Below are positions 1 to 11,200 of a DNA stretch of 64,000 bases, one piece after another. The DNA is from Octopus vulgaris (taxonomy: Eukaryota), in NCBI GenBank assembly GCA_951406725.2, contig OX597814.1:120156001-120220000 (forward strand), given 5' to 3'. The notes under the pieces are model-generated. The model was not told where the DNA came from and made no database searches. It worked only from the letters and a program-made list of their open reading frames with translations. How positions within the stretch are numbered: the stretch's first letter is position 1; each line of letters begins with the position of its first letter. Made by a program: the position numbers and the translations under genes.

Positions 1-76
1 CTCCGGGCATGACAGACCCTGTAACTCACATATGCAAAACAGAAGGAATAGATAACGAATACGAAGTCTGGCGGTT

Positions 77-191
77 ATCTGTGAACATCATGTTTCTGGA
101 TTATAAACATATTGAATATATATTCCATATATTTTTGATATATATTTAATATATATTGCATATATATTTCACATCCTTCTTCAGCACAGAT
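77..191 (-). ncRNA. Type I hammerhead ribozyme fold, unit 1 (intact core, 7-bp stem I)
   Basis: Minus strand reads AUCUGUG-CUGAAGA-A-GGAU(~70-nt AU-rich loop)AUCC-A-GAAA-CAUGAUG-UU-CACAGAU. Stem I is AUCUGUG/CACAGAU, stem II GGAU/AUCC, stem III ACA-UGA-UGU. Predicted GUU cleavage falls between + strand positions 84 and 83. Activity is untested. Confidence 0.8.
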
Positions 192-692
192 TTCCATTGA
201 AAAAGATTTATCATAGATTTATCAAATGCTACGTACCTCAAACCTTCTGACCATGCGATATCAAAATATTTGAAGAAAGTGAGCAAAGGCTAAACCTACA
301 TAGACGTTTGAATTCATAAATCTTCCCTCCAAAATTTTGCCATGCGCATTACAGTTAGGTTGTCAAAGGGAGTGAAAAATCCAAATAGTAATATAATGAT
401 AAGAGTAAATAATTTCTATAAAGGCCTTTAAAAAAACCCCAATTATTTACTGGTAGAATTCGGTATGTAAATATAGCCGATTACCGGCAGGAACTTCTGT
501 AAAGTTCAGTATATATATTGTATATAAGAAAAAGGGACAGGCAAAACAGGTTGCTTGACCGCATACCGAAAAAATAGAAATAGCAGTCAAGAATGCTTAT
601 TTCTATCAAAGTTGGACTCCGGGCATGACAGACCCTGTAACTCACATATGCAAAACAGAAGGAATAGATAACGAATACGAAGTCTGGCGGTT

Positions 693-807
693 ATCTGTGA
701 ACATCATGTTTCTGGATTATAAACATATTGAATATATATTCCATATATTTTTGATATATATTTAATATATATTGCATATATATTTCACATCCTTCTTTAG
801 CACAGCT
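693..807 (-). ncRNA. Hammerhead fold, unit 2, core mutant CUAAAGA (G5A)
   Basis: + strand TCTTTAG instead of TCTTCAG (T at 798); the rest of the fold is retained. Confidence 0.7.
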
Positions 808-1309
808 TTCCATTGAAAAAGATTTATCATAGATTTATCAAATGCTACGTACCTCAAACCTTCTGACCATGCGACATCAAAATATTTGAAGAAAGTGAGC
901 AAAGGCTAAACCTACATAGACGTTTGAATTCATAAATCTTCCCTCCAAAATTTTGCCATGCGCATTACAGTTAGGTTGTCAAAGGGAGTGAAAAATCCAA
1001 ATAATAATATAATGATAAGAGTAAATAATTTCTATAAAGGCCTTTAAAAAAAACCCCAATTATTTACTGGTAGAATTCGGTATGTAAATATTGCCGATTA
1101 CCGGCAGGAACTTCTGTAAAGTTCAGTATATATATTGTATATAAGAAAAAGGGACAGGCAAAACAGGTTGCTTGACCGCATACCGAAAAAATAGAAATAG
1201 CAGTCAAGAATGCTTATTTCTATCAAAGTTGGACTCCGGGCATGACAGACCCTGTAACTCACATATGCAAAACAGAAGGAATAGATAACGAATACGAAGT
1301 CTGGCGGTT

Positions 1310-1424
1310 ATCTGTGAACATCATGTTTCTGGATTATAAACATATTGAATATATATTCCATATATTTTTGATATATATTTAATATATATTGCATATATAT
1401 TTCACATCCTTCTTCAGCACAGCT
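1310..1424 (-). ncRNA. Hammerhead fold, unit 3 (intact core, 5-bp stem I)
   Basis: + strand TCTTCAGCACAGCT gives core CUGAAGA and stem I CUGUG/CACAG. Confidence 0.75.
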
Positions 1425-1925
1425 TTCCATTGAAAAAGATTTATCATAGATTTATCAAATGCTACGTACCTCAAACCTTCTGACCATGCGACATCAAAAT
1501 ATTTGAAGAAAGTGAGCAAAGGCTAAACCTACATAGACGTTTGAATTCATAAATCTTCCCTCCAAAATTTTGCCATGCGCATTACAGTTAGGTTGTCAAA
1601 GGGAGTGAAAAATCCAAATAGTAATATAATGATAAGAGTAAATAATTTCTATAAAGGCCTTTAAAAAAACCCCAATTATTTACTGGTAGAATTCGGTATG
1701 TAAATATTGCCGATTACCGGCAGGAACTTCTGTAAAGTTCAGTATATATATTGTATATAAGAAAAAGGGACAGGCAAAACAGGTTGCTTGACCGCATACC
1801 GAAAAAATAGAAATAGCAGTCAAGAATGCTTATTGCTATCAAAGTTGGACTCCGGGCATGACAGACCCTGTAACTCACATATGCAAAACAGAAGGAATAG
1901 ATAACGAATACGAAGTCTGGCGGTT

Positions 1926-2040
1926 ATCTGTGAACATCATGTTTCTGGATTATAAACATATTGAATATATATTCCATATATTTTTGATATATATTTAATA
2001 TATATTGCATATATATTTCACATCCTTCTTCAGCACAGAT
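1926..2040 (-). ncRNA. Hammerhead fold, unit 4 (intact core, 7-bp stem I)
   Basis: Same as unit 1 (TCTTCAGCACAGAT). Confidence 0.8.
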
Positions 2041-2541
2041 TTCCATTGAAAAAGATTTATCATAGATTTATCAAATGCTACGTACCTCAAACCTTCTGAC
2101 CATGCGATATCAAAATATTTGAAGAAAGTGAGCAAAGGCTAAACCTACATAGACGTTTGAATTCATAAATCTTCCCTCCAAAATTTTGCCATGCGCATTA
2201 CAGTTAGGTTGTCAAAGGGAGTGAAAAATCCAAATAGTAATATAATGATAAGAGTAAATAATTTCTATAAAGGCCTTTAAAAAAACCCCAATTATTTACT
2301 GGTAGAATTCGGTATGTAAATATAGCCGATTACCGGCAGGAACTTCTGTAAAGTTCAGTATATATATTGTATATAAGAAAAAGGGACAGGCAAAACAGGT
2401 TGCTTGACCGCATACCGAAAAAATAGAAATAGCAGTCAAGAATGCTTATTTCTATCAAAGTTGGACTCCGGGCATGACAGACCCTGTAACTCACATATGC
2501 AAAACAGAAGGAATAGATAACGAATACGAAGTCTGGCGGTT

Positions 2542-2656
2542 ATCTGTGAACATCATGTTTCTGGATTATAAACATATTGAATATATATTCCATATATTTT
2601 TGATATATATTTAATATATATTGCATATATATTTCACATCCTTCTTTAGCACAGCT
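2542..2656 (-). ncRNA. Hammerhead fold, unit 5, G5A core mutant
   Basis: TCTTTAG (T at 2647). Confidence 0.7.
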
Positions 2657-3157
2657 TTCCATTGAAAAAGATTTATCATAGATTTATCAAATGCTACGTA
2701 CCTCAAACCTTCTGACCATGCGACATCAAAATATTTGAAGAAAGTGAGCAAAGGCTAAACCTACATAGACGTTTGAATTCATAAATCTTCCCTCCAAAAT
2801 TTTGCCATGCGCATTACAGTTAGGTTGTCAAAGGGAGTGAAAAATCCAAATAGTAATATAATGATAAGAGTAAATAATTTCTATAAAGGCCTTTAAAAAA
2901 ACCCCAATTATTTACTGGTAGAATTCGGTATGTAAATATTGCCGATTACCGGCAGGAACTTCTGTAAAGTTCAGTATATATATTGTATATAAGAAAAAGG
3001 GACAGGCAAAACAGGTTGCTTGACCGCATACCGAAAAAATAGAAATAGCAGTCAAGAATGCTTATTGCTATCAAAGTTGGACTCCGGGCATGACAGACCC
3101 TGTAACTCACATATGCAAAACAGAAGGAATAGATAACGAATACGAAGTCTGGCGGTT

Positions 3158-3272
3158 ATCTGTGAACATCATGTTTCTGGATTATAAACATATTGAATAT
3201 ATATTCCATATATTTTTGATATATATTTAATATATATTGCATATATATTTCACATCCTTCTTCAGCACAGAT
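3158..3272 (-). ncRNA. Hammerhead fold, unit 6 (intact core, 7-bp stem I)
   Basis: Same as unit 1. Confidence 0.8.
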
Positions 3273-3773
3273 TTCCATTGAAAAAGATTTATCATAGATT
3301 TATCAAATGCTACGTACCTCAAACCTTCTGACCATGCGATATCAAAATATTTGAAGAAAGTGAGCAAAGGCTAAACCTACATAGACGTTTGAATTCATAA
3401 ATCTTCCCTCCAAAATTTTGCCATGCGCATTACAGTTAGGTTGTCAAAGGGAGTGAAAAATCCAAATAGTAATATAATGATAAGAGTAAATAATTTCTAT
3501 AAAGGCCTTTAAAAAAACCCCAATTATTTACTGGTAGAATTCGGTATGTAAATATAGCCGATTACCGGCAGGAACTTCTGTAAAGTTCAGTATATATATT
3601 GTATATAAGAAAAAGGGACAGGCAAAACAGGTTGCTTGACCGCATACCGAAAAAATAGAAATAGCAGTCAAGAATGCTTATTTCTATCAAAGTTGGACTC
3701 CGGGCATGACAGACCCTGTAACTCACATATGCAAAACAGAAGGAATAGATAACGAATACGAAGTCTGGCGGTT

Positions 3774-3888
3774 ATCTGTGAACATCATGTTTCTGGATTA
3801 TAAACATATTGAATATATATTCCATATATTTTTGATATATATTTAATATATATTGCATATATATTTCACATCCTTCTTTAGCACAGCT
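3774..3888 (-). ncRNA. Hammerhead fold, unit 7, G5A core mutant
   Basis: TCTTTAG (T at 3879). Confidence 0.7.
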
Positions 3889-4389
3889 TTCCATTGAAAA
3901 AGATTTATCATAGATTTATCAAATGCTACGTACCTCAAACCTTCTGACCATGCGACATCAAAATATTTGAAGAAAGTGAGCAAAGGCTAAACCTACATAG
4001 ACGTTTGAATTCATAAATCTTCCCTCCAAAATTTTGCCATGCGCATTACAGTTAGGTTGTCAAAGGGAGTGAAAAATCCAAATAGTAATATAATGATAAG
4101 AGTAAATAATTTCTATAAAGGCCTTTAAAAAAACCCCAATTATTTACTGGTAGAATTCGGTATGTAAATATTGCCGATTACCGGCAGGAACTTCTGTAAA
4201 GTTCAGTATATATATTGTATATAAGAAAAAGGGACAGGCAAAACAGGTTGCTTGACCGCATACCGAAAAAATAGAAATAGCAGTCAAGAATGCTTATTTC
4301 TATCAAAGTTGGACTCCGGGCATGACAGACCCTGTAACTCACATATGCAAAACAGAAGGAATAGATAACGAATACGAAGTCTGGCGGTT

Positions 4390-4504
4390 ATCTGTGAACA
4401 TCATGTTTCTGGATTATAAACATATTGAATATATATTCCATATATTTTTGATATATATTTAATATATATTGCATATATATTTCACATCCTTCTTCAGCAC
4501 AGCT
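4390..4504 (-). ncRNA. Hammerhead fold, unit 8 (intact core)
   Basis: TCTTCAGCACAGCT. Confidence 0.75.
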
Positions 4505-5005
4505 TTCCATTGAAAAAGATTTATCATAGATTTATCAAATGCTACGTACCTCAAACCTTCTGACCATGCGACATCAAAATATTTGAAGAAAGTGAGCAAA
4601 GGCTAAACCTACATAGACGTTTGAATTCATAAATCTTCCCTCCAAAATTTTGCCATGCGCATTACAGTTAGGTTGTCAAAGGGAGTGAAAAATCCAAATA
4701 GTAATATAATGATAAGAGTAAATAATTTCTATAAAGGCCTTTAAAAAAACCCCAATTATTTACTGGTAGAATTCGGTATGTAAATATTGCCGATTACCGG
4801 CAGGAACTTCTGTAAAGTTCAGTATATATATTGTATATAAGAAAAAGGGACAGGCAAAACAGGTTGCTTGACCGCATACCGAAAAAATAGAAATAGCAGT
4901 CAAGAATGCTTATTGCTATCAAAGTTGGACTCCGGGCATGACAGACCCTGTAACTCACATATGCAAAACAGAAGGAATAGATAACGAATACGAAGTCTGG
5001 CGGTT

Positions 5006-5120
5006 ATCTGTGAACATCATGTTTCTGGATTATAAACATATTGAATATATATTCCATATATATTTTATATATATTTAATATATATTGCATATATATTTCA
5101 TATCCTTCTTCAGCACAGCT
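5006..5120 (-). ncRNA. Hammerhead fold, unit 9 (intact core)
   Basis: TCTTCAGCACAGCT; a few substitutions in loop II. Confidence 0.75.
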
Positions 5121-5620
5121 TTCCATTGAAAAAGATTTATCATAGATTTATCAAATGCTACGTACCTCAAACCTTCTGACCATGCGACATCAAAATATTT
5201 GAAGAAAGTGAGCAAAGGCTAAACCTACATAGACGTTTGAATTCATAAATCTTCCCTCCAAAATTTTGCCATGCGCATTACAGTTAGGTTGTCAAAGGGA
5301 GTGAAAAATCCAAATAGTAATATAATGATAAGAGTAAATAATTTCTATAAAGGCTTTAAAAAAACCCCAATTATTTACTGGTAGAATTCGGTATGTAAAT
5401 ATAGCCGATTACCGGCAGGAACTTCTGTAAAGTTCAGTATATATATTGTATATAAGAAAAAGGGACAGGCAAAACAGGTTGCTTGACCGCATACCGAAAA
5501 AATAGAAATAGCAGTCAAGAATGCTTATTTCTATCAAAGTTGGACTCCGGGCATGACAGACCCTGTAACTCACATATGCATAACAGAAGGAATAGATAAT
5601 GAATACGAAGTCTGGCGGTT

Positions 5621-5735
5621 ATCTGTGAACATCATGTTTCTGGATTATAAACATATTGAATATATATTCCATATATTTTTGATATATATTTAATATATTT
5701 TGCATATATATTTCACATCCTTCTTCAGCACAGCT
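5621..5735 (-). ncRNA. Hammerhead fold, unit 10 (intact core)
   Basis: TCTTCAGCACAGCT. Confidence 0.75.
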
Positions 5736-6235
5736 TTCCATTGAAAAAGATTTATCATAGATTTATCAAATGCTACGTACCTCAAACCTTCTGACCATGC
5801 GACATCAAAATATTTGAAGAAAGTGAGCAAAGGCTAAACCTACATAGACGTTTGAATTCATAAATCTTCCCTCCAAAAATTTGCCATGCGCATTACAGTT
5901 AGGTTGTCAAAGGGAGTGAAAAATCCAAATAGTAATATAATGATAAGAGTAAATAATTTCTATAAAGGCTTTAAAAAAACCCCAATTATTTACTGGTAGA
6001 ATTCGGTATGTAAATATAGCCGATTACCGGCAGGAACTTCTGTAAAGTTCAGTATATATATTGTATATAAGAAAAAGGGACAGGCAAAACAGGTTGCTTG
6101 ACCGCATACCGAAAAAATAGAAATAGCAGTCAAGAATGCTTATTTCTATCAAAGTTGGACTCCGGGCATGACAGACCCTGTAACTCACATATGCAAAACA
6201 GAAGGAATAGATAACGAATACGAAGTCTGGCGGTT

Positions 6236-6350
6236 ATCTGTGAACATCATGTTTCTGGATTATAAACATATTGAATATATATTCCATATATTTTTGATAT
6301 ATATTTAATATATATTGCATATATATTTCACATCCTTCTTCAGCACAGCT
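6236..6350 (-). ncRNA. Hammerhead fold, unit 11 (intact core)
   Basis: TCTTCAGCACAGCT. Confidence 0.75.
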
Positions 6351-6851
6351 TTCCATTGAAAAAGATTTATCATAGATTTATCAAATGCTACGTACCTCAA
6401 ACCTTCTGACCATGCGACATCAAAATATTTGAAGAAAGTGAGCAAAGGCTAAACCTACATAGGCGTTTGAATTCATAAATCTTCCCTCCAAAATTTTGCC
6501 ATGCGCATTACAGTTAGGTTGTCAAAGGGAGTGAAAAATCCAAATAGTAATATAATGATAAGAGTAAATAATTTCTATAAAGGCCTTTAAAAAAACCCCA
6601 ATTATTTACTGGTAGAATTCGGTATGTAAATATAGCCGATTACCGGCAGGAACTTCTGTAAAGTTCAGTATATATATTGTATATAAGAAAAAGGGACAGG
6701 CAAAACAGGTTGCTTGACCGCATACCGAAAAAATAGAAATAGCAGTCAAGAATGCTTATTTCTATCAAAGTTGGACTCCGGGCATGACAGACCCTGTAAC
6801 TCACATATGCATAACAGAAGGAATAGATAATGAATACGAAGTCTGGCGGTT

Positions 6852-6966
6852 ATCTGTGAACATCATGTTTCTGGATTATAAACATATTGACTATATATTC
6901 CATATATTTTTGATATATATTTAATATATATTGCATATATATTTCACATCCTTCTTTAGCACAGCT
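6852..6966 (-). ncRNA. Hammerhead fold, unit 12, G5A core mutant
   Basis: TCTTTAG (T at 6957). Confidence 0.7.
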
Positions 6967-7275
6967 TTCCATTGAAAAAGATTTATCATAGATTTATCAA
7001 ATGCTACGTACCTCAAACCTTCTGACCATGCGACATCAAAATATTTGAAGAAAGTGAGCAAAGGCTAAACCTACATAGACGTTTGAATTCATAAATCTTC
7101 CCTCCAAAATTTTGCCATGCGCATTACAGTTAGGTTGTCAAAGGGAGTGAAAAATCCAAATAGTAATATAATGATAAGAGTAAATAATTTCTATAAAGGC
7201 CTTTAAAAAACCCCCAATTATTTACTGGTAGAATTCGGTATGTAAATATAGCCGATTACCGGCAGGAACTTCTGT

Positions 7276-7468
7276 TTGACTGCTATTTCTATTTTTTCGG
7301 TATGCGGTCAAGCAACCTGTTTTGCCTGTCCCTTTTTCTTATATACAATATATATACTGAACTTTACAGAAGTTCCTGCCGGTAATCGGCTATATTTACA
7401 TACCGAATTCTACCAGTAAATAATTGGGGTTTTTTTAAAGGCCTTTATAGAAATTATTTACTCTTATC

Positions 7469-7475
<7 letters not shown>
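7276..7475 (-). repeat. Inverted 200-bp partial copy of the array unit terminating the array
   Basis: Reverse complement of unit segment ATATAATGATAAGAG...ATAGCAGTCAA. Positions 7366-7475 pair with 7166-7275, and the copy merges into (TA)n. Confidence 0.97.
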
Positions 7476-7507
<32 letters not shown>

Positions 7508-7615
7508 ATGTATGTATGTATGTATGTATGTATGTATGTATGTATGTATGTATGTATGTATGTATGCATGTATGTATATATGTATGTATATGTGTATGTA
7601 TGTGTGTGTGTGTGT
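7471..7615. repeat. Compound microsatellite (TA)n-(TATG)n-(TG)n
   Basis: Direct reading. Confidence 0.97.
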
Positions 7616-7921
7616 GGAGGCACAATGGCCCAGGGGTTAGGGCAGTGGTCTCGCGATCGTTGGATCGTGGTTTCGATTCCCAGAGCGGGCGTTGTGAGTG
7701 TTTATTGAGCGAAAACACCTAAAGCTCCACGAGGCTACGACAAGGGGTGGTGGCGATCCCTGCTGTATTCTTTCGCAACAACCTTCTCTCACTCTTTCTT
7801 CTGTTGGCCTGCTTGCTTAGCCAGCGGGATGGCGTCATCTGAAGACTAAAACAATGCAAAGCGCAATGTGACCAGCGATGTGTAACGACATCTGATAGCC
7901 TGGTCGGTCACGGTGATCACG

Positions 7922-7925
<4 letters not shown>
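7616..7925 (+). mobile_element. tRNA-derived SINE (octopus OR-like family)
   Basis: Pol III A box TGGCCCAGGGG and B box GTTTCGATTCC. Head and body are homologous to 38593-38765. Ends in (TCACGGTGA)2 followed by (TA)n. Family name is from recall. Confidence 0.8.
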
Positions 7926-7989
<64 letters not shown>

Positions 7990-8211
7990 TACATAGGGCG
8001 AGAGTGTAAAACTAGGTAAACACTAAGTATCACACCCATGTTATAAATTCATTAAAATTATTAGCACATTAAGGGTCATTAATCATAATAATACGTTTAT
8101 CATGACCTCTAATATACTTTTATCGTGACTATTAATTCTTTTGATAAAAATAAAAGACTACTGTACGTGTTTTCTTTTTTCATAACTGTATCCCAGCTTT
8201 ATATATATATC

Positions 8212-8243
<32 letters not shown>

Positions 8244-11200
8244 GACAGACAGGCAGACAGCTAGATAGACAAACAGAAAGAAGTATATACGTGTGTGTGT
8301 GTGCATGCATTTACGTGTGTATCTATGTATGAACTTTTGGATTTATATATGTCCGTTTGCAACTTTAACTATTTCTTTTAGATGTACATTTTTATCATAC
8401 AATCTGCTATATCATAAAATTCCGACTAAAATATTTTTTTTACTATAGAATTAGTGGGAAACTGCACACAGTTTATCTAAACGATTGTATAAGAGTTCAA
8501 AAATATAACAAAACTTTTCCACGTGTAACTTCACAAATCGCAATAGATGTATGAACAGTATAATCAGGCAATATACATCAGTATTTCTGATAAGGATATT
8601 CCTGAATCCATATGAGGTGTATTCAATATTGTGTCCTTTATTGCTTCTACATGTAACACTGTAAACACTCAGCGTTAAGAAAACAAATACCATTTGCAAC
8701 GAATACACTACAATAGGAATATCATCGTACTAAATATATTACATCAGAAAATTTAACTTTTGGCCATAATTATTTAAAATATCCATATGTCGCAATCAGT
8801 AAAGTGGAATTCGATACTAAATCGAAGAATTTCAGTTTCAGACACAACTGTTGTAAAAATTAATGGATGACCAAGTTGTTGGGGCTTGGGTGTCTTCTAA
8901 TAAAGGTGAGATACAAGTGAATATAATACAGTTAGTTTCTTCACTAAGCTTTTGATGCAGGATAATTTAACAAATGCAATTTGCAGAACCATACTTAGTG
9001 TAAATGGTAGAGAAATATCCATGTATGCGATAGACATTATATTGAATATAGTGAATTAATACTAAGTGGCTCTTTTATATATGTAATTATTGATTTCAAT
9101 GTATATTCTCTGAATATTACTATCTGAAACGTGAACCGAATATCAGCATAGATATTCACTACTCTTGTAAATAGTGCATTAAACAAGTCATACAATTGGA
9201 AAGTATATTACCTATACTTTCCAAAATTAAAGTGACTATAATGTTACTTTAATTTTGTAACAAAACCAATCTTCCTATATTGTTTTCATCTCAGTTTTTC
9301 AGGATTAGTTAATCTAATTCAAAAGGCAAGAAATGAGTCAAAATGAGACCACAGGAAACTTTACATTAAAACCGGAACTTTCAATACAGGGGATTGTTAA
9401 CTGAGGATAATTTAGCTGTTATTTCAAACTGGTTAAGTGACCACGATGATCTGTTAGTTTTTCATGGAAGTGATATTTGTAAAATTGCATAAAAATCTAT
9501 TTTCAGTAACTCTACATAATGTTTATGAAACTTTCAGAACTCCGTTTCTTGCTGGTAATATTTAATGATGTATTTAAGATAATTTATTGTATTAATGTCA
9601 TTGTATCATCTTGGTACAGTGATGATTAATTACATTATCTTCCAGATATAACCAGCGAGACAACATTTCTCTTTGCATTACTTGTTTAATGCCCTCCATT
9701 ATTACGTATAACGGAATTTATTTTCTAACGATTTCTAGTTTATGGATAACTAAGATGTAAAATTCAGAACGCGATATGATGAATTGCATAATGATATTGT
9801 GAGATAACGCGTACATACTAGCATAATTATACCACCTTCTAGAGGATAATACATTTCATTGTTTCTATTATTATTCGGCGTTTTAGTTTCTCTCAAATTC
9901 TGATAAGAGGAATGTCGTTAACTTTGAAATATATTAATCTATAATTTCTATACCATTCTATGCATAGTCATTACACAGTTACTCTCTTTATATCAGTTTA
10001 TTATACATCGTCAGATGTTGCCGTCTTTATATAGGTATATTATCTGCGTGCTTAAATATTTTATTTAAACATATATTTGGATTTATAAGCTTATTCCAAA
10101 TTTTCGCGTCAAACATTTTTATAAAGTTTCTATTTTATATTTTATTATACGATCATATTATAACATGATAATCATAATTTTCCAGTGAAACATTACTTAA
10201 TATAAACTCTCTGTAAGTAGAGTAGTGTCTATAAAACATTCAAGGCTATGTATTACATGACGCGAACGAAATAGGGAAGGTATTATGAACATTTTCAATT
10301 TAAGAATAATAATTACGTCTCTTGTTAACAAAGCACAAACATTTGCATTCTGTTTCAGGAAATTGATTTGCAGCTTAACAGGCATTAAAGATGTAATGTG
10401 TGAAATGCCGAATTACAAATGGAATTGGAACAACAGATTTTAATCGCAGAATGATTGACCACACAATATAATTTCTGAACGTTGTCAATGGAATATGGTG
10501 CGCAACAGTGCCGTATCAATCTCTTGGACATTTTCGTAATTATCATTATGTGAGTGAAATTTAAATTCAAGCCAGACTTACTAAAGAGCATCTGCTGGAC
10601 ACTTTTCATGTATTTAGAATATTTGGCTTCTAGAGATGTCTGCGCAAAATTTCCACAAATAAGAATGTCTGCAAAAAATTTCCACAAACACTAACGAGAG
10701 CTAGACAATGCACGCAATTTGTAATTTCAATACACAAAACACGAAACTTCCGACATTAACTCCAACAAACATGCACCTTCTCCTCTTCTTGATGGATTGT
10801 GTCCTGTCGCACGTTCGGGTGACCTCTACTCAACTCCACTCCGACTACTACTCAAATCTACTCACGTTCTCGACTTCTCGACTTCTTCCTCTATATCTAC
10901 ATATTGGAGTAGCCTACTTTATCGTCTGGGGGCGTCCACACAACAGATTGTATATTATGTAGGTAAATTAATATATCTAGAAAAGTTTATCAGCTAAATT
11001 ATGAACGAAAACTTATGAGTGTGTCTACAAAATCTTACAGGTTATTCGCTAACCTGAAGTTGATTTACAAGTTAAGGCAAAAATAATTTGTAACGAGAAT
11101 ATATTCCATAGGAAAATCGGTAGAGATTGCTGTCATGCGGGAGAAATTTACATGAATGAAAATACATGTATTCCACAATGGTTCGCTGAAGAGTTCCGGA

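Larger units (their letters stand above)
1..7275. repeat. Tandem array of ~616-bp units (11 full plus 1 partial), hammerhead-containing satellite / retrozyme-like
   Basis: The unit start CTCCGGGCATGAC recurs at 1, 617, 1234, 1850, 2466, 3082, 3698, 4314, 4930, 5545, 6160 and 6776. Units differ by only a few SNPs and 1-bp indels. The array runs off the left edge of the window. Confidence 0.98.

Noticed and set aside
1-7275. Array as CRISPR, rDNA/5S, snRNA or histone cluster
   Set aside because: No spacers, no recognisable structural RNA gene and no ORF of 60 aa or more in the unit.
7616-7690. tRNA gene (also 38593-38665)
   Set aside because: A and B boxes are present but the cloverleaf is imperfect and continues into a SINE body.
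10700-10945. Possible solo LTR (minus strand starts TGTTGTG)
   Set aside because: No second terminus, TSD or second copy identifiable.
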